In this document: positions 18,139 to 30,469 of the stretch, one piece after another
Numbering within the stretch: the first letter of the stretch is position 1
How the letters are laid out: every line of letters begins with the position of its first letter
Assembly: GCF_009914755.1 (NCBI RefSeq)
Contig: NC_060938.1
Length of the DNA: 64,000 nucleotides
Strand: one strand, 5' to 3'
Origin: the human T2T-CHM13v2.0 reference genome, Homo sapiens
Program-made: the position numbers and the translations under genes
Notes under the pieces: model-generated
Told to the model about the DNA's origin: nothing
Seen by the model: the letters and a program-made list of their open reading frames with translations, nothing else
Database searches by the model: none

Positions 18139-19906
18139 TTTTTTTCTGTGTCTAAAATTCAGTTACTTTCTCATTCACTTAACAGTTTAGAAAATACTAA
18201 CTATACAACATGTACTACGCTAGATGATTTTTTAACTTAAAAATGTGCAATGCACATGCATATTCATAATAAAAATCCATCTTTCTAACTCCTGAGAGGT
18301 AAGCAAAAACTTATTTTACTGCTGTAAAAATCACATAATTGGGGACAAAAACTTGCATGTAATATATTTTCTATGAGACTGTATTGACTTTGAGAGTGGT
18401 TAGAGTTAATGGTTTGAATTAGCATAAGTAAAATTAATGATATTGTAGGTCTTAAATGTAAATGCAATTTTACACCAGGCCCAGAAGAAATTCCCCTCAC
18501 CTACCTTAATTGGTCAGATGAAAATATTTGGAAGAAATACCTCATTCAATTTTTTAAAAGCATATTGGCTACTTGCCACCATTGAAGAATTAGATCTCAA
18601 ACTAAAGGGATTGTCGGGATGGGCTTAAACAGCCTTTTGATTTGTTCATTAATTCATCAATTCAACCTCTCACAAAACAATTGTATGTTGAATGACTGCT
18701 AGGTGCTGTGTGCTATGCTAGGTGCTGCTGATACAGTTATGAGCAAGACAGACTCAGAATCTTATAAATCTTTTTGTACAAAAGACAAACAATTATTTCA
18801 GTGAGTTGATTAAATTTAATATTAATATTTAATAAAGCAGAAGTAATTATACCTGCAAAGGAAAAATAAAGTGTGTTTTTAGCACCTATAATTTGAGGAC
18901 TGTGGGATGGTAGGGTTATCTGAAAAGAGATAAATAATTTGTTGTATATTTGTTTCTTTTGGGGGGTGAATGCCATGTGCCATGATGTGGGAATTAATTG
19001 GAAAACCATAGGCTATGGGAGTCAGAAGAGACATTAGAGGCTCTAATATCTGTCCCACTTTTCTCTAATTTAGAAATCTGGAGGCTGGGACCCAGAAAAG
19101 GTAAAATGAATTACCCCAAAGCCACACTTAGTGAATGAAAGATGTGTGAACGGACATATGCATGGGCCTCCTTAATCCTATGCTAGGGATGAGGACATGC
19201 CTTTCCCAAAAATAGGTGAAATTACCATATGATAAAGAACATTTTTAGATATTGGGAGTAGGGTAGGGTACAAGGCTTTGGAACAGCAAAGTTAATCAGC
19301 TCAGTAGGGGGAAGGAAAAAGGAAGAGAGAAAGAGCAGGACCTCCAGTGGAACAAGAGTCTGTGGACTCTGTCACCCTGTTACTCCCTCTTAATCACTCA
19401 GATGATTTGCTTTTTCTGCTTCTATTTCAAAATAAGCTGCTAAAACTGAGATGCAGTGCAGTGAAAGCACATCATGATCTATGTTCTCATTTTTGCATGG
19501 AGGGAGTGAGTAAAGACCTCCTACTTAGGTAGTCATCTTGCTGTCCCTGCATGTAGACTAAGGCTGTGAGAGAGAACTTGGTGCTTTATAAGGCATTCCC
19601 TGTGCTGGTATAAATTTGACCCTTGCATGTGAGTGATGGTGAGGGACATCTCTGAGAATTGTTCCTGGTACAACATGTGTGGATTTCAACATGGGTACTG
19701 CATGCTGGAGAGATCTTGATATGACCCAAAAGCAAGACCAGAGGCAAGCTTGACACGATGGAGCAAAGGGTGGAAAGGTAGAAAATAGAATGAAAAATTT
19801 TTCTTTGCTGTCACCTCCTCGATTTTATTCAAATCTTAACCCAAACAACTAGATTGCATTACTGGGCTCTTAAAAGTTTTGTTGGAAAAGTGCTGCTAAA
19901 GAATAG

Positions 19907-20162
19907 GAAGACAATCTAGGCAATGCCATTCAGGCCATAGGCACGGACAAAGAGTTCATGAGGCAGACACCAAAAGCGATTACAACAGCAGCAAACACTG
20001 ACAAATGAGATCTAATTAAACTAAAGAGCTTTTGCACAGCAAAAGAAACTATCAACAGAGTAAAGAGACAACCTACACAACGGGAGAGAATGTTTGCACA
20101 CTGAGCATCCAACAAACGTCTAACACCCAGCCTCTATAAGGAACTTCAACAAATTTACAAGA
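19907..20162 (+). mobile_element. Internal L1 ORF2 fragment lacking 3'UTR and poly(A)
   Basis: Colinear with 2899-3154 of the larger L1; flanked by AAGA(A/G)TAGGA at 19899-19908 and 20159-20168. Confidence 0.9.
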
Positions 20163-20974
20163 GTAGGATCTCATAGGTTTATTTACAATAATAATTCAAA
20201 TGTTTCAGATTTGTAATTGTCCTTTGAAACCATTGCTTTCCTTTAATTCCAGCTATACCAAAGACTCTTTGGAATGGGTAAATTATTTCTACTTGATAGA
20301 CTAGGAAAGTGAGTCACAAAAAGGCTCGCCCAGAGCTACTGGTTATTAGTTGTGTGTTTTTCTCTCCTACTCCACACTCGAGAAAACCCCGAAGAATAGG
20401 GGGTGGTTAATGGTAAAAAGAAATCTAGAAGAAGAGTTCTGGAAATGAAAGACAGCTAGGTTTTGAGTTTCTCTAAGAAAAGGTAGGGGGCAATGGATTT
20501 AAACTAGGGGCATACACTGCGATTAAATATCGAAAGAAACACACTGAGATTTAAAAATGTATAAAGGGCTTATGGGAACGAAGAACTAAAAAGAAAATAT
20601 GAGGCAAGAACATAGGGTGGCGACAGAACAAGGCTGTGAGACGTGTGCTTGGTTTGTTTAGGCTTTAAAACTTGTCAAAGTTTACCGTTTTCTCTTTCAA
20701 GAGGGATGAAAGAAAGGATGGTGCTTCCCTTAGTTTGTTTGCTTTCTTCTTTCATGTATCTGCCCTGGCAGATATGCATACATGTGCAGGCCCGTGTGTT
20801 CGTGCACACATATGCACACAGATAAAGTGGGAACAGAGAGAAGCCAGTGGGTGGTGGAGAGAGATGGGGGCAGAATTGATGCATCAGGGGGCCTAAATCC
20901 ATGCAATGATCAAGTTCATAGCAATTTCCCCAGGAGACTGTATCATATTCCAGTGAAGGGGAGTACGGCAGGAG

Positions 20975-20988
20975 GTTGCCATGGCAAC
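20975..20988. promoter_or_regulatory. RFX X-box motif (perfect palindrome GTTGCCATGGCAAC)
   Basis: Exact match to the canonical RFX dimer site, in apparently non-repetitive DNA; function untested. Confidence 0.6.
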
Positions 20989-21123
20989 AAAAGGCCTGAA
21001 ATATTAACTCTGACTAGCAACAGGCCAGTGAAACAGCCTAGCTAGGATTTATGGCACATTATAGTGTGAAAAGCAGGAGAAAATTACTGTAAAGGCAGGA
21101 ATTATAGCACAACAGAACATATA

Positions 21124-21351
21124 AACTCCCAAATCCGTCTTCCTAATTAAAACAGCATGCTCGGAGGTAGAGCACATAGTAAGGCCATTAGCTTAAATGG
21201 GGATGTGCTATCATCGCTTTGTTATCAAGTTTAATGTCCTTAAGACTAACTGTGTGCACTGGGAGAGTGAGAGCAAGGGTAAGATAGTCTGGAGACAGAT
21301 GGAAGCAAGACTCTTGGGCACTTGAATTCTTCTCAAACTCATTCTTGGTGA
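21124..21351 (+). repeat. Copy 1 of a 228-bp dispersed direct duplication
   Basis: Aligns to 23413-23642 with about 18 substitutions and one 2-bp indel (manual count). Confidence 0.95.
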
Positions 21352-22145
21352 CATAAGGTTTCTTCAGATACTAGTCTCTGATCCCACAGGAGATTCTAGA
21401 AGATGCCTTGATCCTTCTATTTGTAAATAAATCATCACTTCTCAGGCATGAAGGCTGAGAGACTGATACCACAGTCAATCCCTCTGGAACCCACCAGGAA
21501 GAGAGGAGCAACTAATCAATGAGGTTTATTGTTGAGGAAAAAGGATCTTGGATCTCCCGACTCCCTAGAGGGGAAAATAACTCCCTTGTTGTCACAGACC
21601 CAAACTTTCTTTTATGTCTTAGTCAACAGCCTGCCCCTAAGTGTTTGAATTTGCAATGCCTGGAGGAAGTCTTCCATGTAATTCATACTTTATGAGGGAA
21701 CCTTTGTCTTCTTGTGATTCTTATTAGAAACTCCCAATTTCTCGAACTCTAATCCAGGACCTTAGTACTCAGTCTGGAGATGGGTCAGGGAAAATGAGAA
21801 AACCATTATTTTACAAGGGTTCATTGTTCATCCTTTATTCTGCCAGCCATTCAACAAGTATTTAATGAATACCTTCTACATTCTAGTAAATGCTGGGAAC
21901 ATGTCCATGAACATTAAACAAACGCACAAATAATTACTTAATAAACAGTTAAATATACAAAAGAAAGTACAGAATGTTTTGAAAATTATGAAAATTCTTC
22001 CCATAGCACTATCTTTATTTCCCTATCACCATAGTTGCCAAAGTGCCCCCACCTGACATTCTTTTAGGTTTGCCAGATGACCAAGCCCTACATTCCCACA
22101 GCTATGTCAGCAACATACTCAAGATCATCCTTTAGACATTGCATT

Positions 22146-22220
22146 CCCCTCCCCTCCCCTCCCATCCTCTCCCCTCCTCTCCCCTCTTCTCCCCTCCTCT
22201 CCTCTCCTCTCCTCCTCTCT
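22146..22220. repeat. (CCTCT/CCCCT)n polypyrimidine tract at the tail of an Alu
   Basis: Almost pure C/T pentamer repeats adjoining the AluJ tail. Confidence 0.9.
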
Positions 22221-22505
22221 TTCTTGAGACAGGGTCTTGCTCTGTCACCCAGGCTGCAGTACAGTGATTCAATCCTGGCTCACTCCAACTTCTGCCTCCT
22301 GGGCTCAGATCCTTCCACCTCAGCCTCCTGAGTAGCTGGGATCACAGTTGCATGCCACAGTGCCTGGCTAATTTTTTTTTCTCTTTTGTAGAGATGGGGT
22401 TTCACCATGTTGCCCAGCTGGTCTAGATCTCCTAGGCTCAAGCAATTCACCCTCCTCGGCCTCCTAAAGTGCTGGGATTACAGGCATCAGCCGCTACTTC
22501 TGGCC
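22221..22505 (-). mobile_element. AluJ
   Basis: 'gagacagggtcttgctctgtcacccagg...ggctcaagcaattcaccc...gctgggattacagg'. Confidence 0.92.
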
Positions 22506-23412
22506 TGTGTTTTTCTTTTTTAAAGATAAGACCTAAAGAGGATTTTGACTATTTTGAAAATATATTCATATCTGTGTATTTTTGGTTATTCACTTCCAGG
22601 TCCTAAAGTTGCAATTAAGGAGAAAAAAATCATTGATTATTCTTAGTAGTTTTGATGAGGTAATGCAAGGTTTTTCTGTAGCAAAGTCAGCATGCGTCGT
22701 GAATATGGTTAAGCTATGTATGATTAAAGGATTATTTATGTTTTATTTATAAGTATTTGCTATCAATAACAGCTCCCAAAAGTAAGATTCACCAGTATTA
22801 CTACAGCATATGGGACTTTTGCTGTAGATTAATAATGCCATGATATTTTCTTTAATGAAGGTGGAAATGATTGCTTTATTTTAACAAAGGGACCTCTATG
22901 GTCCCCCTGAGTTTGAGCCTTGAATGTAGACGATCAGGGATGCTATATCACAGCTGTCTCCCTGCTGATAATGACTCTCCTTGGGGTTTCATAATTTCTG
23001 CCTGAAATCCTTTGGTTTCCTCTCAGGAGGCATGGAGTGAATTTATAGGGAGATTCTTCAATCCAGACACAAAAAAAGGTTTTAAAATTTTTTGTGTGTC
23101 TCCATATTTGACTTTCTGTCTCCCATTCTCATTTCCTTTACTTTCATGTGTGTGTTTTCTTCTTACTGTGCCAAACACATAATAAATGCTCAGTATTTGA
23201 GATTAATAGATATAATCATTATTATTTTGTGTTATTCTTTCTACTCCTCCCTTATAAAAAAAGGGATTCCTCCCTTCATCATGCTTCCCATGCCTTCATA
23301 TACTTCTTATTGGTTTGCAGAACAGGCATAGTTATGATGGAGAAAGTAAAGAATAATGATTAAAAAGAATAATAACAAACCACATAACTAACTGTTTGGG
23401 TTTAAATGACAG

Positions 23413-23642
23413 AACTCTCAAATCCATCTTCCTAATTAAAACAGCATGCTCAGGGATAGAGCACATAGTAAGGCTTTTAGCTTAAATGGGGATGTGCTAT
23501 CAGTGCTTTGATATCAAGTTTAATGTCCTTAAGATTAGCTGTATGTGCCTTGGGAGAGTGAGATCAAGGGTAAGATAGTCTGGAGACAGATGGAAGCAAG
23601 ATTCTTGGGCAGTTGAATCCTTCTCAAACTCATTCTTGGTGA
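23413..23642 (+). repeat. Copy 2 of the 228-bp duplication, abutting a MIR core
   Basis: See copy 1; followed by MIR-like 'gtgtgccttaggcaagttatttaactgcttcgtgcccc'. Confidence 0.95.
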
Positions 23643-25063
23643 GTACTGTCACTTTCTAGGTGTGCCTTAGGCAAGTTATTTAACTGCTTCGTGCCCCAGA
23701 GAGTGGTGGGGGAATCAAGGGTAGGACACATGTGAGTCACTCAGAACAGTGCCTAGTCTTTAGTGAATGGAACTTCGGGTGTTCATTATTGTTGATATTG
23801 CAGGTGTAAAGAATTTGATTCACACACTCCTATCATGGATTGGAGGGAAGTTGAATATTGGTTCATATCTTGTTTTAGGTTCTGGTTTACTTGCTGCCTG
23901 AACTAGGAATATAATTCAGGATTTGCAGCTAGTAAGTTGAAATTAAGAAGAACTCAGGCCTTTAGATTAATCAAGTACATATACAGTATTGAAATTATGT
24001 CTTTTTATCAGTATCTTTCCAGAGGCCCAGTTAGGGGAGCTCCTGGCATGTGCCCGGCATGTAAGGAGTGTCCACAAGTGTTTGCAGACCTGCACTGAAC
24101 ACTATTTCTCTTTTGATATGATGCAGTTTAACATACTCAAAAGAGTTGAGCCTTATCCCCTTTGCTCCTCAAAACCAAACACAGCCAGTTTTGGATTAAC
24201 TTTTATTCAGTCATGTTTTATGCTGTAGGGTCCAACCTAAATTTTCTAGGACGCAGCCCAACTAACTGAATTCTTTATGTCACTTGAAGGATAACGTCAC
24301 TACAGTTAATTTTGATAATAACATGGTTTGAAGGATTCCTAACTGCTTGCAATTTATGTAATATTCTCAGTGCTCTGTGAATTTGTAGTCTGATGAAAAC
24401 ACTGAAAAGGGAGGTAATGTTTACTATTTCTGATTATTATTCTGTATCCCTCATGCAGACCTAACCTCAAGCATTTGCAGCCACCCAATGACTTTTTTTG
24501 AAGGAATTTTTACTAGTGGGTTCATCTGGGGCAGATGAAAATGTTTGCATTTTAGACACTCCAAATACAGATATAAAAACTTTATGTCTCCTCCTCCAGC
24601 TCTACCTTCAACTTTCTTTTCACTTTCTTTCCTACTAAGAGCACATATTTCCAGGCTCATTCTTCATCCCTAAACTCTGTCCCTCTCCTTACTCCTTTGT
24701 TCCGTCTTTTGTCCTCTCCCTGGAATTTCTGGTCATTTGCATTAACTACACTTATAAGTAAAACTTTCTTTGTTCCTTTGTGGGTGTACTCAGAACATCA
24801 TTACATTCAAGTAAATTCATGTGTTTTTTTTCTTTTTTTGCCCTTTTATTTAAAAGCACCCCTACTGGCCATTAGAATAGTTACCAGAAATCTCCTTTGG
24901 TCTATGGATAAGAAATTCTGCAGAACTTTTCAACCAAGTAATTAGATCATATTATGTCTAAACTGGTGCCTTTTTCTCAACTGAATCCAAGTAGGAGTAT
25001 AGACTGTTAACACCTTCAACTGAGTAAACTGCAATCTTTGCAAAGTGAATTAATATATGAATG

Positions 25064-25500
25064 CTTGCTAAGGCAAGATAACACATTTTTCAATTAACAA
25101 AGTAACAGGAGCTCAGGGTAGCATGTGATATATATATATATTCTGCTACATACATATGCAGGTATATTTTTCAATCAACAAAACAGGAGCTCAGGGTAGC
25201 AGACTACAGATATACATGTGTGTATATGTGTATATATATATGTAGCATACTACATATGTATACATGTGCACATGTACATATTTATCTGTGTATATGTATA
25301 CATTATGTATATACATATATAGGTATATGTATACATATATGCATATGTAGGTATATGTATACATATACATATATAGGAATCCTATATATGTAGTCTGCTA
25401 CACATATATATTCACATATATATACATGTATATATGTAGTCTGTTGTCCTGAGCTCCTGTTGTTTGTCAATTGAAAAATGTGTTACCCTGTCTTAGCAAG
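25064..25500. repeat. Imperfect inverted repeat around a TA/TACA-rich core
   Basis: 25064-25123 matches the reverse complement of 25441-25500; a second left-arm copy lies at ~25165-25218. Confidence 0.9.
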
Positions 25501-25512
25501 TGTGTGTGTGTG

Positions 25513-25553
<41 letters not shown>
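25501..25553. repeat. Compound (TG)n(TA)n microsatellite
   Basis: Direct inspection. Confidence 0.95.
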
Positions 25554-25555
<2 letters not shown>

Positions 25556-28407
25556 TCAAAATTTTACCTAGAGTAAAAAAATGAAATGCCTACATTACAT
25601 AAAGACCCATATGACAATATTAATTCTGTGAGCTGAGACATATTCATGCCAATTCTCCATACCTTCTCCCCCATTGCCCATTCTCCAGCCCTTTGTTGTT
25701 CACTGGTCCTAACTCTGCTTTCTTACTACAATGGCCCACTTACTGCATCCTTAGTTTTTGACATTTTGAAATCACAAGGTTCTCATATTAAGCATGGACA
25801 TTTTCTTTACTTTTTTATTAATTACAACCACAGAACTTCTCTCGTCCCACTCCTTCTTGTTTTGTCTTTGGGTAAAAGGAATAAATTATATATTTATCAT
25901 AAATTTTAACTCTACAAAATGGCCATTTTTATACTTTCTTCAGATTTCTCTCAGTTCTAGTTAAGGTTTTTTTTTGGCTTCCATTTGCCCCTTATTTGAT
26001 TATTATACTCCAAGTGGCTGAAGAAAAAATACATTCAATATAATCTGTCTGTAATTTTCATGTCTTCCTCATTACCGTAAAATATAATGCTTATTTGAGA
26101 CACACACACACGCACACACACACGTGCATACTCTTGGCCTAGATCAACCACACAGATTCATTTATTTTACCTTCTCATTAATTAGACCCTCAAGCCTCTT
26201 AATGTTGTTTTAACACTAATTTGTTGAGTTCTTTCTGGCACCAAACTACCCCAAACTCCATGAAGAACTGAATCATCAATGTATTATTTATAGGGGCTTC
26301 TTTCGTGTGTTCGTTTAAAATGTAGTTATCTAATTAATTTATTAATTTATATTGTCAATAACTATTCCCAGAAGGTTTTTTTTTTTTCAGATCTACTAGA
26401 GAACTTAAAGCTTTTTCTTTTCCAGGAATGGCCAAAATATCCAGAAGGGCAATATCAAGTAATAATTAAAGTTATAAGCTCTTGGTTTGAATTCTTGCTC
26501 CACTAGTTATGTGACCTTGAGCAAATTACTTAACTTCTCTGTGCCTTACTTTTGCCATTTGTGAAGTGGAAACTAAATAGCCTTTATGTCCCAGTAACAA
26601 TGCAAAGTTTATTCATTGCCGATTAGAAGGGGCACACTGTTCAAGATGCTCATTAATTCATTCACTCATTTTATGTAATGACTCATTTATCAATCCTTTG
26701 TTGAGTCTCAACCACTGTCCTAGGTAATGCTGATACAATCTTATGTTTTGAAGCTCGCCACAAAATTTGATCACCACTAGATCCAAGATTTAACACATTA
26801 TTTCATTTAATAGCTATTTTGAGTCTTCAGGGTACAATTTACAGTTTTGGGGGGGAAGATGTAGGGAAATATGACTCGTCAGACTCAATTAAGTGCATTT
26901 ACTCAGGGCTACCCATCTATTAAGTGGCATGGTTCTCTAACCCCATAGTTCATTCTCTTTTTCTGTGCACCACTAGTAGGTTTTGCATAAGGTAATTTTG
27001 TCCAAGTGGTTACTGTGTGGGTCCTGTTCACAATCTTGATCATGATTGTATTCCAACTTCTATGTCAGAGTTTGCAAGCATGTGGCTTATAAACTCAAGA
27101 TGGCTGGTACAATGTTGTTCAATATTTAATGGAGGGGTATTACCAAGATCTAGTTTTCTAGGTTTTCTTGAGAAATTAGAAAATCTGGCAACACTAAGTT
27201 TGTAATAATACCAGGGACAACTAGCCAAACTCCCCTATTTTGTTGAATCATGTGCTGTCTAAGTCCTCACAGTCCTTGCCACCCCCAACCCTGCAATCAT
27301 CCTACATGTAGTGTTTCTATTTATCATTGTATTTTTGCTTTTATATCTCTTACATCTTGTCACATTGTATAGCCTGTCTAGCATTTGAATTTTTGACTCC
27401 TGTTTTAAGCTAGAGATATGCTTGTCACTGAACACGACTTGAATAAGGAAATGAGTAATAATTATGACTCTACATGCCCTTTATAGTACACAAAGAACTT
27501 TTTAAACAACCATGTTATACTGCTACTTTGATTTTACAGTAGTTTGCTCCAAATGAGTCAAATGGTATGTAGTAGAGTCATAATTAGAATCCAGAACAAT
27601 TGGTGTAAGTCTAGTGCTTTTCTCATTTATCTGTCATTCATTCATTTATTGACATATTTATTCAACAAGTAAACAATTATAAGTAAATGTCAAATATATT
27701 CTAGACCGTATAGTGGATGCTAGAGATATAGATGTGACTAAGATACAGTCCCAGGCTTTAAGAAGCTCATAGTCTATTTAGGAATGACAGATAAACGGAT
27801 TTTTCTGAGTGCATTGTGATGTGAACTGAGAAATACACAGGGTATGTACAAGGTGCCATGTTAACATCAAATGGCATGTGATTGATTTTATCTGTGACTC
27901 AGACATACCTCTGCCACTGTAGGGAGTAGTATAATTGACATGGGATCCTGGCCAGTCTCCTTATGGTGATGGTGGTTAATCTACATGTCCCTGAGTATCA
28001 TGGTCTTTACAGAAGCAGGAGAGTGAAATGTAAAAAGTGCTGGAATGGAAATCAGGGCACCAAGTATATATGGTCCTGGCTCTGACATTTGCTTGCTCCT
28101 TGACGTTAGAAAAATCGTTGAATTTATGTGTGCCTAAATATCTTCACCAAAAAATAAGGAGGCATAAGAGGGGAGATACCAGATCTTACAAAATAAGTAG
28201 GTTTTATTTACAAATACTTATGGATTAGTGGGGGCCCTTTCACTAGGCTACAAAGAATTTGAGGCTCTATCTATGCTTAGTTTTAAAGAATGCTATGGTC
28301 AAAGAAGCTATGTTTGTCATAGGCACTAGAGGAAGGGATAGAAAGATTCTGAGATCTAGGGGCAAAAGGGATTTTGAGAGTGCAAGTGAATTAAAAAGCT
28401 AGGATCA

Positions 28408-28752
<345 letters not shown>

Positions 28753-29820
28753 TCATTAGTTAAAATAAGAAGGGGCTAATACCAATAAAATGCATAGCAA
28801 GTTGACTATTCAAACCAAAAGGCCTCCAGTTGAAGTTGTGTTTTAATTTAAGCACTAGTAGGGCCCAGCAAATCAAATATTGAAAGATGCTAAAAATAGT
28901 CTGATTACTTTGTGAGTCATCAAATTGATTTGACTGTCCTTGCCCTTCATATAATGTCCCAATAGACACTTAACCTGACTCTACTTCCTTGAATTTGGCA
29001 AAGTAAGCACGATCATTGGAGTTACTGCTTTTGGGATTATTTATTTATCACATCACCTCTGCCATCATTACTTCCCACTCGTCTTTGTTTGGCTTACTTT
29101 CTACTGTGCTTCTCTCTATCAAATCTTTGCACCTCCTTAGGAAGATCTGGAAGTCACCTCTCTGTAAATCTGAGAAGTTATTTTCATTGTTGTTGGATGA
29201 TAATGCTTAAGCCAGTGTTGGAGGCTGCACAAGTAAATTACGTGGTTTTAGAAGCACCTCCTCCTTCCATCTGTGCTGTTTGGTTGTATTCTTTATTGGA
29301 TCTGGGATGATATGACTTCTTTGCCTGGGGCTGTTGCTGCCATTACGCAGTTTTGGATTCACTGTTGCTTCATACCAATGTTGGTGCTGTAAATGTACAT
29401 GATAAGAGTTCCACAGTGAGATGGACTACAAGACTTCTGGACCCAGAGCCCCCTAAAACTAGATCCAAGACCAGATTATGCACTGCTACTGAGGTTGGCC
29501 TGCTATGGTACAGACTGCTCCTCCTTCCCCAAGGATACAGGCACTTTTACATAGAGGGTACAACAGATCTTGACCTGCAGGTGTTCAAAAATCGACTCAT
29601 AACTTCCCTCCTCTTATATCTATCTTATCAGTAAACAAATATTAATAAGTCATAGGAATGAAACATGCGACTCTTTTTGGTTTTGTTGGAGTGATCATGC
29701 CAGAACTGGGACTTTCTAATCTTGAATTCAAATCATGAGAGTTAAGCCTGTCATGAACTGTGAGTGCAAGCTGACCCAGCAACCATGTGGTTCTCAAAAA
29801 AAAAAAAAAAAAAAAAAAAA

Positions 29821-29900
29821 GCTTATGGCTCTTTTTGTGCCACAATGGCAGAATTGAGTCATTGCTACAGGCAGTGCATGGCCTGCAAAACCTGTGATAT
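29821..29900. mobile_element. MER58-like fragment
   Basis: 'tatggctc...ccacaatggcagaattgagt...catggcctgcaaaacct'. Confidence 0.6.
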
Positions 29901-30469
29901 TATTCTCTTCTCTGATATTAACATAGCTGGAATGTGCCCCAAATGTATTTCAATCAAGAGCTTTCATGTATTTTTTGAAATAACCTGGATAAGAAAATCC
30001 AGATTTTAGACTCACCATTCTGCGGGGGAGTGGGGGCGGCAGGGGGTCATTGATCCTGTTTGTTTTCTCTCTTGCATGCTGTCCTTGGAGATCAGAGGAT
30101 TGATGTTTGAGTAAGAAATGCAGAATAGGACCATATGTTAGGCAGGGTTATAGACAGTAAAGCAGGTCAGCATCCTATAACTTGATGACTCAATCATCCT
30201 AACATTATGCCATCTGGGCGCTGATACTGTTCAGCTCTCCCTTTTCTTATGAAAAGTTTGACTCAGGTCAAATAGGGTGTCTTTTTTTGTTTCCTTAGAA
30301 TTTTGTTTTCTCTTCCTTTTAGGGATTAGTTCTTTTAGTCCCACCTTTGAGATAAATTTTATAATTTCAAATTTTGAATTCTGATCTAAACCCTCAACTG
30401 TTCTTTCTCCCACAGTAAAGAAGTTAAAGCAATCGTAGCAAAAAATGTAGAGAGTATTTCTTTCCCCAT

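Noticed and set aside
24044-24064. Paired CATG cores resembling a p53 response element
   Set aside because: Several mismatches in the flanks of both half-sites
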